NCBI GenBank assembly: GCA_026391795.1
Contig: JAPLDI010000049.1
Location: forward strand, 98,594-162,593
Reading direction: 5' to 3'
DNA: 64,000 bases
DNA from: Bacteroidota bacterium
GTDB taxonomy: Bacteria > Bacteroidota > Bacteroidia > Bacteroidales > FEN-979
The position numbers and the translations under genes are program-made. Positions 60,138-64,000 of the stretch are shown here, in pieces (the first letter of the stretch is position 1; every line of letters begins with the position of its first letter). The notes beneath the pieces were generated by a model that worked only from the letters and a program-made list of their open reading frames with translations, did no database searches and had not been told where the DNA came from.

Positions 60138-60208
60138 GGGAAATGGTATTGGGTATTGGATGTTGGATGCTGTTACTCACCAGGTCACCAGTTCACCAGT
60201 TCACAAGT
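60138..60208. repeat. Composite repeat GGTATTG/GATGYTG 7-mers plus TCACCAGT x4
   Basis: ggtattg ggtattg gatgttg gatgctg ... tcaccagg tcaccagt tcaccagt tcacaagt. Confidence 0.8.
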
Positions 60209-62643
60209 TAAAACTGTATCCTCCAGGTTGCCATTGGAAAGAAACCCATATTGAAGAAATTACGGATCTCCCCGGTCTGCGGATCAATGCGCTGAAGATA
60301 AACATTTGTATAGTTTGTACGGTACTGAAGGTCGAGCATAAATTCAAGGTTATACCCGGGAAGATTCCTTTTGATCCCGAACCGGAGGGAGATCCGTTTA
60401 TAATCCGGGTACCGCACCTGGTAGGCCTGCTGCCAGTCAGGAACCGGTTCCCCGGTTGCAACGGAGGCATTCACATCAAAAGGAATATAGGGGTTTCCAC
60501 CAGCCCAGGTTGCCCTTAATCCAAACGACATCACTCCCCATTTCCGTTTTCCCATGACGAATTCATAACCGCCAACGGCATTGAATGCATAATTCACATT
60601 GAATGCGGAATTTCGTGGTACATTATCATAACCGTGATAGGTGGAGCTGAAAAGAGAGGAGGTCAGCAGGAAATAATAATTTTTATTCAGGAACCGCTCA
60701 AAGGTAAATTCCAGTCCATAATTGTCGCCAATGCCCAGGTTTAACAGGCTGTCGGCATATTGACGGTCGAGGAAGAATTCATGACCCTGGTTGCTCAGGG
60801 CATATTCCGGAATGGACCGCTTAACCGGGATGTCGTAAAGGTGCTGGTAATAGAGTTCCGTTTTAAAATGAAGGTTCTCATTCAGCAGGTAATTATAATC
60901 CACTGCCACCTGCCAGCAACGGGAGAAATCAAGGTTGCGGTTCGTCTGCTGTATAGTGCCATCCGGCAGATGGGAAAGGATGAAGTAAATGACCCTGGGC
61001 TGCATCTGACTGTACATTCCTGCCCCGAAGTGGACGATATGTTCCTTCCGGATGATCCATTCAAGACCGGCTCGCGGTTCGACGGCCCACGTAGAATTCA
61101 TAAACAGCCGGGATCCGAACAATCCTGTTGTGGTCCTGAATTTCTCGGAGAAACGGTGCTGCCATTGTGCATATCCCCTGAGAAAAAACATGGTCTCATG
61201 GGACCCTGTATTTACCATGAAGGTTCCTTTATTCATGACGCTGTCGGCGTAGTCCAGCCAGAAATAATCCGCAATCATTCCCGTTTCCAGTAGATTCTGT
61301 ACCGTGAACTTTTTGTATAAACCAAAGGAATAGGAAAGTTTTTTTTCAGTTGATCGTTCCCCGGCCCAGGGTGATGGTGTTTGTGCAACATACGAAAATG
61401 AATCGATCTTCGTATAGACCTGGGAAGCGACAAAGTACATCTGATTTTTCAGTCGCAGTGAGGGGTCTGTAAACAGCTGGTTGGTGATGCCGATGGCCCC
61501 GAGGTTGGATCCGTTGGAAAGGTCTTCACCGTAATCCGGAAACATCCATCTCGAAGGATCCTTCTTGCTGTCAAAGATCTGGATATAACTTAATCCCCCG
61601 ATGCCTTCAATCGCAAAGATACCTGCTTTCCGGGCCGGAATCGTTATCTTGAAATTCAGATCCTGGTAATAGGGAACCAGATTGAGTTTTATCCCGGCCC
61701 GTTTGAGGAGATCCAGCAGGGAATATCGGTAAGAGAAAATATAGGAGGCTTTCGATTTTTTTGAAAACGGGCCTTCCGTTCCGAATTCAATTCCGTTCCA
61801 GCCGATCCCGAACCAGTATTCATGTTTTTCAGTATTGCCGGTGCGCATCCGCATGTCGAAGACCCCCGAAAGTGCATTTCCAAAGCTGGCAGGATAGGCC
61901 CCAGTATAAAAGTCGGAATTGGTCAGAAGGTTGTTGTTAAGGATGGTTACAGGTCCTCCGGTAGTTCCAACTGCAGCAAAATGGTTTGGATTCGGGATCT
62001 CCATGCCGTCGATCTGCCACTGCAACCCTAACGGGGAATTTCCCCTGACAATGATGTCGTTGCGGTTGTCTATGCCGGAAGTGACGCCGGCATAATTTGC
62101 AGCCATCCTTGCCGGGTCGTTGTATGTGCCTGCAAACCTTGATGTTTCATCAACGGTGAAGGAACGGACGCTCACCGTTGCCATCTTGTTGATGGCTTCA
62201 TATTTCCGGTAATCGCTGATGATCTCCGTTTCAGTACCGGTGATCATCGTCTCTTCAAGGGAGATCAACACGGATGTCTCCTTTCCGCTGCTCACAGTGA
62301 GCTCGTCCGTGATAAACGGAGTGTATCCGATATATGTCACCTTTAGTCTTCTTTTTCCAATGGGGATACCTGTCAGTTTGAAATTCCCGTCAGGTCCTGA
62401 AGTTGTGCCGACCAGGGGATCTGAATCAAGGACGATAACAGCAGCTCCCGCAAGCGGCACCTGTGTTGACCGGTCGGTAATCGTGCCACGGATGGTGGAA
62501 TGCAGGATGGGTTGTGAAAAGAGGATAACCGGCAGGCCTGCAAAGGTGAAGAGAATGAGTGTCAGTATCGTTTTTCCGGATAATGCCTTTGGCGCTATTC
62601 TTCCATTAAAAAATCGACTTCTTCCCGGCTCAGGCGTTTCCAT
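60208..62643 (-). CDS. TonB-dependent receptor with N-terminal CarboxypepD_reg-like domain
   Basis: IRGTITD...YIGY; plug NDIIVRGNSP, IPNPNHF, FGNALSGVFD; terminal RIQF; start uncertain. Confidence 0.88.
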   Translation of the reverse strand: METPEPGRSRFFNGRIAPKALSGKTILTLILFTFAGLPVILFSQPILHSTIRGTITDRSTQVPLAGAAVIVLDSDPLVGTTSGPDGNFKLTGIPIGKRRLKVTYIGYTPFITDELTVSSGKETSVLISLEETMITGTETEIISDYRKYEAINKMATVSVRSFTVDETSRFAGTYNDPARMAANYAGVTSGIDNRNDIIVRGNSPLGLQWQIDGMEIPNPNHFAAVGTTGGPVTILNNNLLTNSDFYTGAYPASFGNALSGVFDMRMRTGNTEKHEYWFGIGWNGIEFGTEGPFSKKSKASYIFSYRYSLLDLLKRAGIKLNLVPYYQDLNFKITIPARKAGIFAIEGIGGLSYIQIFDSKKDPSRWMFPDYGEDLSNGSNLGAIGITNQLFTDPSLRLKNQMYFVASQVYTKIDSFSYVAQTPSPWAGERSTEKKLSYSFGLYKKFTVQNLLETGMIADYFWLDYADSVMNKGTFMVNTGSHETMFFLRGYAQWQHRFSEKFRTTTGLFGSRLFMNSTWAVEPRAGLEWIIRKEHIVHFGAGMYSQMQPRVIYFILSHLPDGTIQQTNRNLDFSRCWQVAVDYNYLLNENLHFKTELYYQHLYDIPVKRSIPEYALSNQGHEFFLDRQYADSLLNLGIGDNYGLEFTFERFLNKNYYFLLTSSLFSSTYHGYDNVPRNSAFNVNYAFNAVGGYEFVMGKRKWGVMSFGLRATWAGGNPYIPFDVNASVATGEPVPDWQQAYQVRYPDYKRISLRFGIKRNLPGYNLEFMLDLQYRTNYTNVYLQRIDPQTGEIRNFFNMGFFPMATWRIQF

Positions 62644-62981
62644 TGAGGATGATCATATTTTGTTCCGTCCCAGTCAAAAGATACGAGGTCAAAAGTCTCC
62701 CCGTAGAAACTGAGTTTGCTTTTAAGGTCAGGAGTATGTTCAACAAAGATAAAATTTTCCGGAATTTCTCCAACTTCTGACAAGATCTGGCTGGCGAGCG
62801 GGGCGCACCATTCTGTTACAGGTGTTCCAGGATTTTGCCGGTAAATCTCAGTAACAATGGCGAGCACTTTTCCGTCTTTTCGGTTCACGATCTTCAATCC
62901 ACACTTCGATGGACTTTCCCATTGTCCATTGTAATCGAAATAGCGATCCATGTATTGGTTGAATTCCGTTTTGATTTCCAT
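62595..62981 (-). CDS. Hypothetical protein
   Basis: 128-aa ORF after the radical SAM gene; motifs NPGTPVT, FVEH, ETFDLVSF, PQW. Confidence 0.7.
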   Translation of the reverse strand: MEIKTEFNQYMDRYFDYNGQWESPSKCGLKIVNRKDGKVLAIVTEIYRQNPGTPVTEWCAPLASQILSEVGEIPENFIFVEHTPDLKSKLSFYGETFDLVSFDWDGTKYDHPQWKRLSREEVDFLMEE

Positions 62982-63030
62982 GTGCGGTTGTTGAGCAACT
63001 GACTTAGTAAATTGGAGTTAGGGGTGTTTA

Positions 63031-64000
63031 TTATTCTGTGGTGCTGACTTGTTTTCCGAAACTCTGGTTCAGGAGGTCGCGGCGACGGGGTGTGTAAGTT
63101 CCATCCTCCTGTTCCCGCTGAATAACAGTAGCAAGGAGATTGAACATTTTCTGTGTTTGAGGTTCATCCTTGTAGAAAGTGTCCCAGGCGTAATGGTACA
63201 ATTCCTGCAGCCGTTCGGCTGTCATGTGTTTCGGATGATAAACCACCCTCCCTGCATTGTAATGGTCCCAGTCGTGATCAAAAATCCTGTTCTGTTTTAA
63301 AAGATCGCTGTATGCCTTTGTATGCGGAAAAGGAGCAAGTACGGTGAATTCAGCCAGGTCGAGGTCGATTTCAAGAAGAAAATCGATCAGCCTTTTGATG
63401 TCGTCTTCCGTCTGGTTGTCGAGTCCGAGAAGAATGGTTCCTTCAACAGCGATTCCATAATCGTGGTACTGTTTGATCCGGTTACGGATATAATCTGACC
63501 GATCGAATACGGCCTGGTAAACATACCATGCTCCGGCCTGTGCTGCTAAGTCGAGAACATCATCTTTATCCTCGATGGTATGGCTTACCCATTTTTTCTT
63601 TAGTGGGATCATGGCTTTGAAAAGCTCTTTTTCCCACTTGGTATCCAGTGCCAATGAGTTATCAACGATGAAAAGACGGTTGTTTTCCATTTGTGAAAGT
63701 TCTTCCACCACGCGTTCAATGGGACGGGGTCTGAATCCCCGGCCTCCAAGGTACCGTACTGCACAGGGATAGCAATCGTAAACGCATCCTCGTGATGCAT
63801 GGAACAGGTCGACCATCCGGAAACCCTTGTGGAAATAAAGATCCTTTTTCAGGATATCACGCCGGGCAGGACCTACAAGGTTCAGGTCGGGCGGGTTGGT
63901 AAGGAAATTATAAACTTTCTTCAGTTCGTTCTTCCGGAAGTCTTCAAAGACAGCGGCCAGTCTTCCTTCTACTTCTCCAAGGAAAACGGAATCTGCATGC
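63031..64000 (-). CDS. B12-binding radical SAM protein; 5'-partial
   Basis: Frame is open to the window edge (HADSVFLGEVEG, end of a cobalamin-binding domain); SRGCVYDCYPC, VDNSL, PFPHT. Confidence 0.88.
   Translation of the reverse strand, partial: HADSVFLGEVEGRLAAVFEDFRKNELKKVYNFLTNPPDLNLVGPARRDILKKDLYFHKGFRMVDLFHASRGCVYDCYPCAVRYLGGRGFRPRPIERVVEELSQMENNRLFIVDNSLALDTKWEKELFKAMIPLKKKWVSHTIEDKDDVLDLAAQAGAWYVYQAVFDRSDYIRNRIKQYHDYGIAVEGTILLGLDNQTEDDIKRLIDFLLEIDLDLAEFTVLAPFPHTKAYSDLLKQNRIFDHDWDHYNAGRVVYHPKHMTAERLQELYHYAWDTFYKDEPQTQKMFNLLATVIQREQEDGTYTPRRRDLLNQSFGKQVSTTE

Noticed and set aside
1..64000. tRNA, rRNA, IS elements, defence systems
   Set aside because: No cloverleaf, rRNA-like, transposase/integrase or known defence motifs recognised by eye; tRNAscan/Infernal not run

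Overview
Chromosomal window from a Bacteroidota bacterium, most likely Bacteroidales. This rests on T9SS C-terminal domains, many TAnnTTTG -7 promoters and typical gene orders such as thrS-infC-rpmI-rplT, ndk-nrnA-FKBP and mutL-rhomboid-rhomboid-EEP. Contents, left to right: (1) an hdrC-hdrB-hdrA-small 4Fe-4S-membrane protein operon, cut by the left edge; (2) a 10-gene respiratory operon (Tat 4Fe-4S protein with altered Cys motifs, NrfD/PsrC, monoheme cytochrome c, DoxX, SCO, A2-type coxI-III-IV-II, heme O synthase, no heme A synthase); (3) housekeeping and T9SS cargo genes; (4) a decayed lipoprotein pseudogene, an ~880-bp AT-rich region with TTAC-N4-GTAA palindromes, and an XRE gene whose 3' end appears fused to the 3' end of ndk; (5) from ~49.5 kb to the right edge, an aryl-polyene/flexirubin-like tailoring and export cluster (B12 radical SAM, TonB receptor, O-methyltransferase, ABC permease, BtrH, ACP, PaaK-like ligase) with a PAPS sulfotransferase directly after the ACP. 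Many gene junctions carry families of 7-9-nt tandem repeats. I saw no rRNA, tRNA, CRISPR array, transposase or integrase. All protein calls come from motif recognition by eye, not database searches.
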